Source: Takakia lepidozioides | Taxonomy: Eukaryota; Plantae; Bryophyta | Assembly (NCBI GenBank): GCA_030704615.1 | Contig: CM060733.1 | Coordinates: 20,894,001 to 20,958,000, forward strand | DNA length: 64,000 nt | Direction of reading: 5' to 3' | Shown: positions 1 through 13,201 of the stretch, piece after piece | Layout: every line of letters begins with the position of its first letter | Position numbering within the stretch: the first letter of the stretch is position 1 | Notes under the pieces: generated by a model | Database searches by the model: none | The model's input: the letters and a program-made list of their open reading frames with translations, nothing else | Told to the model about the DNA's origin: nothing | Position numbers and translations under genes: made by a program

Positions 1-1099
1 CCAGCCTGGGTTGTCGCTGTTGTTATACTCCATTATTGAGGGTTACAAGCGACGATAGAGCTCAGTATAAGTAAGGATATGAACAAGTAGGGTATGAATA
101 TGAGCTCCAGTGAGCACTTGAGACGTATCAGGCAGTGCAGGCTGAACAAATTGCTCAGACTCTCCGCGGGGGAAGCGGAAATCTGGTCCTGGCTATCATG
201 ACAGGGCGGAAAAATAACTAAAAGACAGTTTGACAATTGTACTCTATACAAAGGCTCAACAACATAACTACCATACCAATGGTCATATACCCCCAATATC
301 AATATCAAAAGAATTAATACCAATACCATACCCATACACTATCCATTTTAGAAGACCTATTACCCTATTGATACCATTAATACTCTATCAGGTCATACCT
401 GCCACCATACCCTTATCAGCCTAGTATGCATAAGGGATCGGATCCTTCATACCAGGACTTAGTCTGGTATTTAAAAATACATATACCGGTCCAACACTCG
501 TAAGGACTCAACAGTGTACAAGATTCGACGAAGGTTACAAGCTCCGGAATTTGAGCTGGTCGTTCCCCAAATGGACTCGTTCACAGTGATTCCCGTGTCG
601 GTCGAGTGTCGTCCCTTTGCGGGGCCCGGGAGGTCCAGACCTAACATTGGGCTCATTTTCATCTCCTGCAACTCTCTCGCCTTTCAGCTGGTCTTTCCCT
701 GTGTCACTTTTGTGATTAGTGAACGATCTCTAGTGAGTGCTCCTTTAGTTAATGCGTATATAAAGTTCTCACAAGCTCTCTGCGTTCCTGCCATATTGTA
801 ACTTGTTTTATCATTTGGTGGCAGCCTGGTTGTTGCAGCTCTCAGATCCAGCCAAGATTGGCAATCCTGTTCGAACTGTCCCGTGTACCTCCTTCGAGAA
901 CTTGCGGAGGCTCGTTAGCGACGATGGGCTCCCTGACAGAGGTCGATAATATATGAAGCTCCAGATCTACATCACGTAGCTCAATTGAATCCAGCCAATT
1001 ATCAATGATAAAACAAGTGTACGATACGGCAGGAACGCAGAGAACTGGATCTGGAATTACAGATCTGGGAATTACAAATCTTCAATTTCGTCCGAAGAA

Positions 1100-4000
1100 G
1101 TTAGCTTCGCCCATGATTTGCAACTCCCATTGCGAAGGCGCCCTCTGCCACCTTCATCAGGAACTGGGTTTTACCTCCCGCACCAAGCTAAATCCAGGCT
1201 CGATTCCTCAAGAGTCACGGCTAGAGCCCCTCCTCCCTCCTGGGCACTCAGCCTTCCGCATTCCCAGCCACTCCTCAATTTTCCAGGTTTATGCCCGGCA
1301 GTGATGGGACCGCCTGAGTTAGCACCAGCGGAGGCAGAATGGAAGGAAGACCCGCTCCTCACCCAGGATCTCTTGGATGAAGATTCCCCTCTGGTAGCAA
1401 TGGGCGTTGAAGATGTGGACAGCCGAGTTACTTCCTTGGAGAAACATGGCATCCTCGGTGCACTTCCCAGGTAGGAATGTCAACAGAGACTCTATCAAGG
1501 GACTGGGCAATTCGTAATCTGGGGGGTTCGGGCGAACTTAGGCAACAGTTTTGTCACGACAAAGGGAGGGGATTTTATTCCATTGTCTTTGAGAGCAAGG
1601 AGGCAGCGGCTCAAGCCTTATTGTTCAATCCACACACAAAAGGATACAATGTGAACATCTTTCCATGGTCCTCCAAAATGGGGAACAGGAACGGGAAGCT
1701 TTGGGGCCCGAGGATCATATCAATCCCATTCATCCCAGACCAGTATCTAGCAAACCTGCCAGATATTGTGAACCACTTTGGTTTTTATCTGGGTTGTATG
1801 TCTGTGAAATGTGCACCCAGAATTTGCGCCAAGACCCGACATGGAGAACAGGTACAATAGCCTCTAGGCTACACGACAGTGGCTGTCCCAAAATAGTTCT
1901 GATGATGCCAGACGATGCCACCCTGCCTAAGTGTGTCAGACTTCCTATTGACAAAGAGGGGAATTACTACACTAAAAGGATCTTTGAGGAATCTACATTT
2001 GAATTTCAACTGCGGCCAATTGGGCCATTTCAAAGTTGACTGCCCATCTGCCAAAAGAAAGAGAATGCTCTCTAGCCCAACCCCTTCAGACTCTGGCAGG
2101 CCAGCTCCTCATCAACGCCACCAGGGATATGGGGCTCCTCCGCATGTTGGCAATATTCAGAGGGTAGGCAATCCTTCTTCGGCCTTCTCTCCGTATAGTG
2201 CTCAACCCAGCAAGACACACTTCAGTACAATTTATCTAGGTCCCAGGTTTTGGCTAAGACAGTCCTCAACCTTAGACCCCATGCTTTTGGAAGCGGGTTC
2301 TTCTCGGGTTCAACTTTCTGGGGCTAGCAGAAGTCAGGGCCAGGCACAACAGAGGTCTTCAATATCTAAGAGCTATGGACAAATGATTGCCAGGCGGCAG
2401 AACCCAACTCTCCAACTTATCATTCCTACCAAACCTCCCAAGCACTCCAGTGTGCCAATTGATCCCCAAGGTTATCTCTGGCATAGCTAAGTGCAGCGTT
2501 ATTTCCAGGCCTTCCTGCCACACTTTTTCCTGGCCTCATCAACTAGGATTCGTTGGGGTGCTTACCTGGAAGAGTTCCCTGGGTTGGGTTGCAAACCAAA
2601 CACCCATGTCTTGGCCCTCATTGAAGATGTGGAGATCTTTTTGACCCCGCCACCAATCGATGCCATCTGGTCCTATGAGGCACATCTTTCTCAGCCAGGA
2701 AGAGGACAGAGGCTGTAGATTAGAAATCAAGACACGTTGGTTAACGCTTTTCAGTTGTTGGAAGCACACATTGGCTCGGAGGTGGACGAGGAAAACCATA
2801 GGTTGGAAATCCAAAGGACTCGGGATCACCTGAATGGGGTCAGGGATCCCTCCCCTTCTCCCTCATCTTCTGAAGTGGAAGCAGATTCTTTATCTGACAA
2901 AGAGGAGGCCGGTCTTCACATCCCAGCTGGAGTGAAGAAAGACACATTCCCCTCGCCCACGCCAGCTGTGGTGATTGAGCCCCAGACTTCTCAGGGGAGC
3001 ACTCCACCAATTGCCCTGCCATCTCCCACCCAAGACTCGGCAATTCAGGTTCTCACCACCTCCATGCCTTGCATTGTCTCTCAAATTCTATCCAGGTACT
3101 GTTATAGGTGTTGGCTGCTTTGTAGCAAATCACAGAAACTCTCAGGGAGAAGTGGAAGGAAGGTTCTTCCCTCAAGTCTTCCTCACAACACCCCCCTTGG
3201 CACCTTTCTGTTAGACCCAGATAATTCTGCTTCCTCTTCACTGATCTTGGCCTTGCAGTCGGCAGACTTCTTCCCCAATCTCAGTATTTCAACCCTAGAG
3301 ATCAGTGTTGTCCATAGAGACCAGTTCTACTTGTTCCCTTTCCCCCAGGACGCCCCTGCCCTTCTTGCCGTTTTTGTCCAGATTCCAAAAAAAAATGAGA
3401 AACTCCTCCCACCACTCCAGTGGGTGAAATCTCTTTGTCCCTCTGACCGTAGGGTCAAATTCATTTTACATCATAAAGGCCCATCAAATGAGAACTTGCT
3501 TCTCGGTCCTTCTCACCTCTCCAATGATCCTTAACATCTCCTCATGGAATATTAGAGGGCTAGGTTCAAACCAGGCCTCCCTCAAGCGACTTAAAATCAA
3601 AACTTGGCTGTCTCCCTTTCTCCGAAACGATTCAATTATTTTTTTGCAGGAACATAAACTAGACCTTACGAAAATGAATGCTTTAACTGACCACCTCTGG
3701 CCTTTGAACTCTACTTACTGGAAACCTACATCTGAAGGATAGGCGAGGAAATGGTTCGTTCTCACCTAATTTAGAGGAGATGGACCCTTGGCTTACCTGT
3801 GTCCAAAACAACAATCTCACTGAGGTGACTCCAGTGTCACAGCAGTCAACCAGTCCATTCTTTACTTGGACAAACAGTAGAGCCCTTGGTGACCTTCGGA
3901 TGGCTCGACTGGACAGAGCCTATGTGTCCCTCAACCTGATTCAATGGTCAAAAAGAGATATTCAGCAACCTATTCCCCTGGGCTTTGATGATGCCCCCAT

Positions 4001-7000
4001 GTCCTTGCTGGTCACTATTCCAAATGCCCAAAAAAGAGGCAGGGGTCTTTACAAGTTGAACAGCTTGATCCTAAAGCTTCCTTCTGTTAAGCAAGAGCTT
4101 CTAAGCGAATGGAACCAAGCAGGTCTAGATGCTCAAAATCCTTCAGACAGATTTCTATCCAAATTAAAAGCTGTCAACTTAGCCAGCCAAAGACTTAGCC
4201 AGCTTCTAGCACTCAAGCGAAAAAGGAAAGTAAAAGCTCTTACCAAATGCCTTGCAGTTTGCCAAAAGAGGATGGAATCCTCCCGTTGTGATGATCAGAC
4301 CTTCAAAACTTACGTGGAAGCCAGAAACAACCTGGATGTGCATCATAAAATGCAAGAGAGGAAATGGAAACTTCAAGCTGGTGTGAACTGGTCTACCAAG
4401 GGTGAAAAGATGTCCAAATACTTCTTTGCCAAGACCAGGCTGCGAAGGGCCTCCCAATGCATCTCCGAATTGATAGACCAATCTACTGGCCTCTCGGCAA
4501 CTACCCCAAAGGAAATGGCAATCCTGGCGTCTGCTCACTTTGAGCAGCTATTTAAGAGCACTAGTATTGACATCTTACCATCTCCCCTTCAGGTAGACTG
4601 CCTCCAGCACACCCCAAGAATCCTGACCCCTCTCTCAGCGGAAGTTCTGGAAGGTGAATTCACCCCTCTGGAACTTGGAGACGCTTTGGCCAAACTTCAA
4701 AATAACAAGTCCCCAGGCATGGACGGGATTCCGGTAGAGTTCTTCAAGGCCCTCTGGCCAGAAATTGAAAATGATTTCACGGCCATGGTAACCACCTCTT
4801 TGAAAGCGGTGCAATGCCCCCGATTACGTCTCAGGGGGTCATCACACTCCTTGACAGAACCAACATCTCTAATTACCCGCCAATCACTCTTTTGAACGTT
4901 GCATACAAAATCATTGCTAAAGCCCTGGCTCTTAGGCTGCAACCCCTCCTTCCTACCTCGATTTGACCGAACCAAGGGCAGATATATTCTGAATAACCTA
5001 CTGTTAGCCCAGGAGCTGCTTCACTATGTCCTTAAAACCAATCAAGCAATTGCAATGTTGCTATTAGTTTCGAGAAGGCTTTTGATAGGGTCGAGTGGGG
5101 CTTCCTGTTGGCAGCACTGGACAAGATTGGCTTTCCGCCATCCTTTTGTCGTTGGGTTAAAATCCTCCTTCTCACGTCCTCGAGCAGGGTGATGGTGAAT
5201 GGTCATCTGTCTAAACCATTTCCCCTTCAGAGATCTGTGCGCCAGGGATGTCCTCTGGCCCCTTTTCTCTTCCTCATTGTGGCGGACTCCCTGGGGTACA
5301 TGCTGCAGAACAACAGCAATATCAAGGGCCTTAGAATTACAAATTACATAACCCAGCAACAAATTCAGGTGACTGACTCTATGTTTGTTGACGACACATT
5401 CTTGATGCTTCAGGCTGATCAGAAAAATCTAGACTTGGCTGGGGCTACTCTGGACTCCTTCTGCACCGCATCTGGGTTTAAGATCAATTGGAACAAGACT
5501 GCTGCACTCCTGGTTGGGGATTCTTCAGTCTCCCTAATAGGCCTAATAGGGACCAATCCAACATGGGGTGCCAACCAGGGACTTAAATGGCTTAAGCCAG
5601 GGGAGTCCACAGTTCTCCTGGGTTACACATTCGGTGTAGACCTAACGGATGAGCAGATCTTCAAACGTACCATAACTCATCTAAAAACCAGGCTTTCCCA
5701 ATGGGGCAGCAAGCACCTGTCAATTACTGGCAGAGCATTGGTAATTAATCAGATATTGGAAGCAGGGTTGTGGTATTTTGCAGCAGCCTGGAAACCAAAC
5801 TCCTCCCAAATCCAGGAAGTCAAAAGACTTATGAGGAACTTTGTTTGGGGGCACACCACTCTGCGGAAAGGAAAAGACCACAGGTGGCCTGGGTTCAAAT
5901 CTGATGTCCAAAGAAGAAAGGTGGACTGGGTGTCATCGAAACCCAAATCTTGGCTTTGCTAGCGAAGTGGATCCCTAGATTCCTGGGACCTGAGGGAGGC
6001 CTCTGGAAATTTTTGGTGTTTGACAATATTGTCGTTTCCTCTCCACTGAGTGCAGTACAATGGAGGCCCTCTCTCAGGTGGATCACTCAGGGTTTCAAGC
6101 TCAAACCAGTGGGTCCGCGCTCTGGACTAACATTTGGCTGGCCTGGGGAAGATTTAGGCAGTTTTTGATCAAGTCTCCCCCTGCCTCATTCTACGAGATT
6201 CTAAGACAGCATCTGTTCCTAAACACCAACGAGCCAACAACCGTAGAAAAAAACCAGTCCAGACGATGGTCAGCATGGGACCGTCTTGGGGTCAGCCAAA
6301 TCCACAACATCTGGTCCTTCAATGATTTCAAGGCCCCGGAGGCTCTCCTCCAAACCCTTGGTCCAACAAGAACTAAAGCTGGATACCAGCAGGTTATTCA
6401 ATCCTTGCCGCCACTGTGGATCAACACCCTCCGAACAGGCCCAACATCCCTTCCTGTCCCGCACTGGGCTTTGGTTATTCTTCACAACAATCTTTCCATT
6501 CTCTTTGTCACCGATTCCAATCCCTCTCATTATTCAGTTTACACCTTTAGTATAGACCCTATCTTGTTAACCCTTACTCTCTCTTCAACAATTCCCCTGC
6601 ATATCCCTATCACCCCTCTCACCCCAGTTTGGATCTGCGGTTGGTCCATGCCGGGTAAACCTTTGGAACCACAACCAGACCTCCTCACCCCTCTGGAGAA
6701 ATGGCTTTCGAGAAATACCTTCGTCTGGATATTGGGTCGCCCGCTGGCAGAAATGGACCTGGACTCTTTCGAATGGTGGTGGAAGTTCAAAAGATCTCCT
6801 GAGCCGTTTTTTGCTTACTCCACGAAGAAGGGCTATAGATCCCTCTCCAACTTTCAAAGCCTGAATGCTAAATGGGAGGCTAGATGGTATCTCTATGGCT
6901 TTAGCAATGAGAACTGGTCTGCAATCTGGAGTTCTGTTTGAATCAAATCACGCCCAGCCAAAATATCGGCATTCCTCTGGCAGATAGTCAATAGAGTGTT

Positions 7001-8006
7001 AAAAGTGGGAGAGTGGCTACAGTTCCAGGCAGCTATTCTTTGCAGTTGTTGTCCAGCAAACATCCTGGAATCTTTGGAGCATTGCCTTCTCTTCTGTCAT
7101 GGTCCTGCTAAGGTCTGGCCTCTAGTGAAAGTCTTTTACAATTATTGGGACAACAAACCTCTACTGTCGCTTCATATCCTGCTTAACTATGATCAGCACT
7201 TAAAGAAAAAGGCCTTTGACTGTCCAGTTTTTTAGACTTTACGTAGCTCCACTCTCTGGCACCTGTGGAAGGCCCGCTGCAAGAAATCGTTCTCTGGGGA
7301 GACTTCCACCATCTCATCTGTTCTCTCTAGTGTTTTCTATGATCTAGGAATCGAATCAAGAAAAGCTTGGTCCAAAACTTGTGCAGATATCATGCGAAAC
7401 TCGGCGGGTGCAGTCGCCATCCATGCTAACTTTCAGGCCACTTGGGGCAAGCATAACTTTATCTGCTTCTCCCCTAGGCATGACACTTGTATCTGGACAG
7501 AGCAACCCCCCCAATGTTGGCAAGATCACCGAGCGACACTCCATTGTGTCCCTGAGTTTGAAAGGGAGGTGAACTGGAAACACCTTAAGCCATCATCGAC
7601 AGCTTCCAGGCTTCAGTACCGTTAGGGTACCTCTAAGTTGGCTCCCTGGCTTGCAACAACTACTCTTTAAATACTGTCATTCTCTTAGCTGTGCTTCGGC
7701 CCACCTTGTTTCAAGTTGCTTATCCCATGCCCTCTGCATCCCTACGTAATCGTTCCAGGTGGTAGCAAGGCAGAGCATCGTCTCTCCTTCTAGGACCACA
7801 TCTTACATATCTGTAGTCAGCATCAGCTTAGCTCTTGTCTTTTCGAGCTTCGAGTTCATCTCTCTGCGGAGAGGAAGGGTTCTTTATTCACTGAAATCAG
7901 TGTGTGTGCCTCATGGGTAATCGGGGTTTTAACTTTTTTCCCCACAATAATTTACAATAAAGTTCTACCAGGGCTACTAACCCCCTGTTCAAAAAAAAAA
8001 AAAAAA
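1100..8006 (+). mobile_element. Decayed near-full-length L1-clade LINE retrotransposon (5' boundary approximate)
   Basis: ORF1 remnants from ~1304 include an RRM/DUF4283-like 'DKGRGFYSIVFESKEAA' and a zinc knuckle 'NCGQLGHFKVDC' (~2005-2043). ORF2 starts 'MILNISSWNIRGLG...IIFLQEHK' (APE endonuclease, 3524) and continues with 'RLDRAYVS', 'KSPGMDGIPVEFFK', RT motifs 'RQGCPLAPFLF' and 'SMFVDD', and a C-terminal 'CSCC...ESLEHCLLFC'. AATAAA lies at 7956 and an A16 tail at 7991-8006. Many stops and frameshifts; no TSD found. Confidence 0.93.
3524..7625 (+). pseudogene. LINE ORF2 (endonuclease, reverse transcriptase, zf-RVT), frameshifted
   Basis: Split across ORFs 3488-3742, 3780-4895, 4899-5192, 5108-5962, 5950-6168, 6060-6941 and 6996-7235. 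The endonuclease appears internally deleted near 3740, where no GDFN motif is seen. Confidence 0.9.
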
Positions 8007-9746
8007 GGGCTGCACGAAATGTTCAGGAAACTAGTACGATTCTGATCCAATGTACTTCAGGTTCAGGTTGTATGGATTTCTGATGCTGGACTGACTGATT
8101 GGGTGTAGCCATGCGGGGGGGAATTCGGCGTCAGGTAGCGTTCTGTGCCAGGACTCTTTCCATGTAGCTTCTGCCCGACCAGCCGCTTTACATTCTTTTC
8201 GTTGTTCAGAACGCGCAAAAGATCTGTCTACAATGCCAGCCACCGTAACTCTCTGACAGAAATGGTGGCGCACTAGTTACTCCATACACACCCCAGCTTC
8301 TTCTCTCACTTTTTCTTCACATTTTGAGCAACATGTGGGCATCTTCAGGTCAACTGCGGGGAAGCATCCACCTTGGTTTTAAGAGCCTGGCACCTCCGTG
8401 CAGGGGAAAAATTCACAGGATCGGCTTATAGAATCGTTATGTACGGGGTAACTCCATGAAAGCTGTCCACGGGTCTGAGTGTTGGGGTTACGTTACGCTG
8501 TGATTGGGGACATGTCATTGAATCTACTGTGTGGCCGGACTAGACTCAGTGTAACTAGTATGGGACATCTCGAGCGTTGTTCACGATCCAAGTTGGCTCG
8601 TTTAAGCTTTTACCATCTAACAGAACTGCACTTGAGCAGCACAATGTACTCAGCACAATGTACTCAGCGAAGTACTCAGATTTTCGACATTTACGTGGCA
8701 GTTATGGCAATTTAAGTGGCGCTACCAAAATAGAGCAGCTTCCAAAAAAAAACTTGAATCAATGACAATGACAAAATTTGCAAGTGCCCAGTACGCAGAT
8801 GGTGAAACGCACCTCCATCTCGGGACGGTATTGCCATTGACGCAGACAGGTCTCTTCTGGAGACTCCCTTGTCAAGTTGCGCCAATCTCCACACTCACAG
8901 TGCTGATTGTGGTGACCCAGAGCTTTAAATATGCACGACGTAACTGAGGAAGTGAGAAACATAATATTTTCAGTCTTGACACAAGGAAGTAGCTTTAACT
9001 GTACACAATGTAGTTCAGTGATGGAATTATGCAATTACAAGTAGCTTAGACATGTTGCCTGAAGTGAATTTGAGTGTCCAGTGCTTTGTTCATCGTGACA
9101 ATGCTGTGTGATAAGGAAATCTGGCAATTTTGAGAACGTTGCGTAGCTAGTATTATTAGTTGAAGTTTTCAACAGAACTATTCCAGTCAATTTGGAGGGA
9201 TAGGTCTTTGTAGTTGGTGCAAAGACTATGTATAAGCTCCAGAAGAGTTTATCGAACAAATAATGGTAATGAGTAACAAAAGTGTTTGCATACAAGGAGA
9301 TAGTTGTTTTTTGTGCACAAAGATTTACCGTTCTCTTCCTCAAAAGTGTTGATCGATGTTTACATTTGTACATGCCTTCTCCGCATATACTTTTTACACT
9401 GCTAGAAAAGAGTTTGGCAAATTTTCCTTTGCAGAACTCTAAAGTGACTTCTTGTATGTACAGGAAGCTTGGCATTTGAACCCCTTTCTATCCTGTGGTT
9501 CACTATCAAAATTGCCCTAACCTATGCATGTTTTTGGGGTTCAACTAACTACTCAGTTTACAGAATAACTGTTGGTACTGGCAGGGTATGCACAGTAAAG
9601 TAGCTTCCGGGCGACACAATCTCTTTACAGGGACAAAAGTAATTGGTCTACAAAACTTCTGTACAGCTGTCTTTGCTCCAATGTAAGCATGTACATTCAC
9701 CTAGCCTACTCATGAGGCATCCTGTGCATACGGCCCTTTCAAACAA

Positions 9747-10660
9747 TCAGTGCTCTGATTCGATGTGCTTCATATAGTAGGGATTTGTGATGATGGAAGG
9801 GTTATATGAATTTCTGTACGACGGCTCGTAAGAATGCGTATATGACTGTCCATATGAAGGCGTGTATTCGTTGTAGGATGTTCTGTATTCAGTACTGTCG
9901 TGATGTCTGAAATGTCGGTCATGGTGGTAGCGACTTTCCTCAGCTAACATGTAATCATCTCCTTCATACTGTCGGCTCAGCCCAGCAAGTGGTGGCGCAA
10001 GTGGTGGTGCCAAAATCTGGCCCAAAGTTGTACTAGGCCAGAACTGAGATTTTCTCTTCACACGCTTCGCCTTCTTTAGGGCCCGCAATGGATCTACGAG
10101 ACCAGTGACGGTCACCTTCTGCAATTGCGTATCGCAGACTACTCCCAGTGCACCGTCCAACTCCATAAGCTCTTCCCGAATTTTCTCTTCACACTTCTCG
10201 CAACACATTGGGACCATTAACTGTACTCCTGGAAGTATCTGGCGAGCCGGATTGTGTAGATGTACATTGCTGGAGTACGGAGAAACTTCATGAAAATGGC
10301 TGCGTGAGAGGGTCTCAGGGTAGTAAGGAGAATCGGAAATCTCGCGAAAGCGACTGTAGCCAGTGTCCCCATAAAAAGGAACTTCAGCTTCCCGAGAATG
10401 AAGACGAGTGTGGAGGGGATCTGTCATTGAGTGGTGAATATCGGGGTCTTCAGACCGAATCCAGGTGGGCTCGACGTTATTCCCATAATACAGCTGCACA
10501 ATCAAATTAACCAGTATGTCAGATTCTATTTCACAATATTGCAGACACAACAATCCAGCTCAACAGCTAGATAGAGCGAGCTCCAGAAAACAATGACTGG
10601 TAACCCACGCTGGTCGTCTTAGCATATGAAGGACCTCACCTCACTCATCTCCATCGCCAT
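9747..10660 (-). CDS. Heavy-metal-associated (HMA) domain protein, HPP-type, copy 1 (2 exons: 10660-10640, 10493-9747)
   Basis: 'VQLMVPMCCEKCEEKIREELMELDGALGVVCDTQLQKVTVTGLVDPLRALKKAKR' is an HMA fold with MxCxxC. Exon 1 MAMEMSE is followed by a GTGAG donor and a TGCAG acceptor in phase 0. There is no C-terminal CaaX. Confidence 0.88.
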
Positions 10661-11584
10661 TATTGCGGATGTGGAAGAGAAATTCTGAAATTCAAGTCTG
10701 GACAAGAGGACGGATTGAGATGTACACGTGCTCCTCCAAGAACGCTCTGCAATTAATCCCTGAGTCCAATTACGGAAAACCCTGAACTCAAAGGTCCGTG
10801 TAGAGAGATGCGATCTCTGCAGCTGCAGGCTTCAGAAGAGGTGTTGTACAAGGAGCAGGTGCAAGGATGAAGTAAGACAAGGAATGAGGTGGTTATATAC
10901 AGGTGCTTCAGAGGGCGCGTGGCAAACATAGAACCTCTGCGTCAACAGCTAGTTGAGATCGTGGCGCAGGGTGAGTGGGTTGGAGTTAACGAGCGGGTGT
11001 GCAACGGTCGGACCCACACACACACAGGGAAAGACGTCAAATATCTACGTATACACGCGTCCATCACTGCTCGGCACATCTGTTTTGAAAAGCAAAACTT
11101 TCGGCCCACATCTTGTGAGGCGGTGCGTGTGCGTACACGTCGAAGCTGTCAAATGGTGCCTTTTGACTTCGAAGTGCTCAAGCTCGGTAAAATGGCAAGG
11201 GGCCAAGAGATGATCCGGTTTCTGAAGATTCTTATTTGTCGCCTCATTGCTTATGCACAACATTGTCTCTCTACAAGAGTATAATCGTATAATCGTTGGG
11301 CTGTCTCGTTTGGAAGTGCCACTCATGTTGGAAGTAGAACTACTTGATCTAGACTATAAATTCTTAAGCTCTGATAAGAGTGTTTTCTGATTATAACTTA
11401 CACTCCTTTTGGGGCATTTTCGTATCCAGGCATGATCAATGGCAGTGGGAAAGTTTTGAGTGGGCTCACTACACGTAAAAGTCTTACCCTCGGACTTCCC
11501 TGGATTCTCGAGTCTGGCCTAAGGACGACTCTAATATCCTGCAAAGTCCGAGGTAAGAAGTTTACCTCTAATGAATTGGCCGTG

Positions 11585-11828
11585 CGGGGCCCATTCGGTA
11601 GTTCAATTAGCCCACTCCTTGTAATACAATGGACTCAATTAGCCTCAGTGGGGACATCCCCTGTGATACAATCGGTAGTTCAATTAGCCTAAGTAGTAGG
11701 TCCATTTTCTGTGATACAATCGGTAGCTCAATTAGCTTCAATGGGGCCATCCCTGAAGTACAGTCGGTAGCTCAAGTCGCCTCAGTGGGGCTATTCCCTG
11801 TACCACAGTCGGTGGCTTAGTTGGGTAG
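11585..11828. repeat. Degenerate minisatellite, ~46-48 bp unit, ~5-6 copies
   Basis: Recurring core 'gatacaatcggtag(t/c)tcaattagcct(c)agtggg'. Confidence 0.8.
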
Positions 11829-12667
11829 TGCACGGAGTATGCTCCAAGTTAATTCAATGTCCAATTCTTGACCTAGTAGTGTGTAGTCAATTTTTTTCCC
11901 CCCTGTGCTGGGCCGAGGTCATTTTCACTTTACTCACTGCTTAGGGTGAGAGCCGTTTCTATCAGTAGTAATAACATACAATTATGAATTTACCAATTAC
12001 TTTTACAATATTGGTCTTCACACGAGGTGTTTGCAAGGATGTGCAACCATAGTTTTAGTATCAGTGCATTTTGATGGGAAGGATCTGGAGGAGATGATTA
12101 TCTCGGTCAATGTGTACCATCCCATAGTGTATGTGAATGAGGGTTTTGGCAAGTTGAATGGACTGCCTCATAGTGTTTCGAGACTTCTGATGATCAGATT
12201 TGTTGCTGGATAACTCAAGAGACATTGAGATTGTCTTATAACTCTACAAAAATTCACGTGTTTTGATGTATTCACATCATTGGCAAAAGCCACGTACAGA
12301 TCATTGTAAAAATTGTATGTACGTCGGCAGACTCCAATTGCCTGCTGGACTCCAAATTGGAAGACCAACTACTCTTAACAGAGAGATTGCATGGAACTGA
12401 AAATATGCACAATCTCAAATGTGAACAATCACATTTTCTTACGCTTCTGTATGCCGAAGAGAATGTACAAGCCCTACCGAAACTCGTCAAAACTGCAATT
12501 TCATTGTAACAGAAAGAGCTATGTTGCAAGGCAAATGCACCGCGGTCTATTTTCTCTCGCTTTCTGGAGTAGCTTTCGGAACAATTTCGTCTAATGTCAA
12601 AGAAATTTCGTCGGCCGCAAGCATTGAGTTGAGATGTGCACAAGGATTTTGTTGACTCGCGTTGCGA

Positions 12668-13201
12668 TCAGTATTCCGATTCAATGTGCTTCATGTAGTA
12701 CGGATTTGTGACGATGGAGGGGTTGTACGATTCAAGCCTGTATGACGGGCCGTAGGGATCATGGATGTAAGAGTGGCCATATGTAGGCGTGTACTGACTG
12801 TAGGATGGTCGATACTCCGCGCCGTGGTGGAGGTAACTCTTCTCAGGTAACATGAGCTGATCCCTAGCCGCATACTGGCTGTAAGACGGGCTAGGCCAAA
12901 ACTGAGCTTTCCTCTTCACACGCCTCGCCTTCGTAAGTACCCGCAAGGGATTCACATGTCCAGACACAATCACCTTTTGCATTGGCTGGTCAGTAACAAC
13001 ACCATATACCCCCTCCAGCTCCAGGAGCTCCTCCCTCACTTTCTCCTCACATTTGAGGCAACACATCGGCACCATCAACTCAACCGAAGGAAGCAAGCTG
13101 TGAGCCGCATATGGATCAACCTCATGCGCATAAGGGAGGTAGCTGTCAGAAATCCAGGCGGGGTCGCTCTCACCGTAGAGAAACTCATTCATCATAGCCA
13201 T
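12668..13201 (-). CDS. HMA domain protein, HPP-type, copy 2 (coding region intronless)
   Basis: 'MAMMNEFLYGESDPAWI...VELMVPMCCLKCEEKVREELLELEGVYGVVTDQPMQKVIVSGHVNPLRVL...YNPSIVTNPYYMKHIESEY' is a clear paralog of 9747-10660. Confidence 0.88.
   Translation of the reverse strand: MAMMNEFLYGESDPAWISDSYLPYAHEVDPYAAHSLLPSVELMVPMCCLKCEEKVREELLELEGVYGVVTDQPMQKVIVSGHVNPLRVLTKARRVKRKAQFWPSPSYSQYAARDQLMLPEKSYLHHGAEYRPSYSQYTPTYGHSYIHDPYGPSYRLESYNPSIVTNPYYMKHIESEY

Noticed and set aside
780-830. Possible LTR end plus PBS ('tatca tttggtggcagc')
   Set aside because: No second LTR, gag/pol or TSD is visible in the window, so the match is too short to support.
11585-11828. CRISPR-like repeat-spacer array
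   Set aside because: The context is eukaryotic, the 'spacers' resemble each other, the repeats are degenerate and there are no cas genes.
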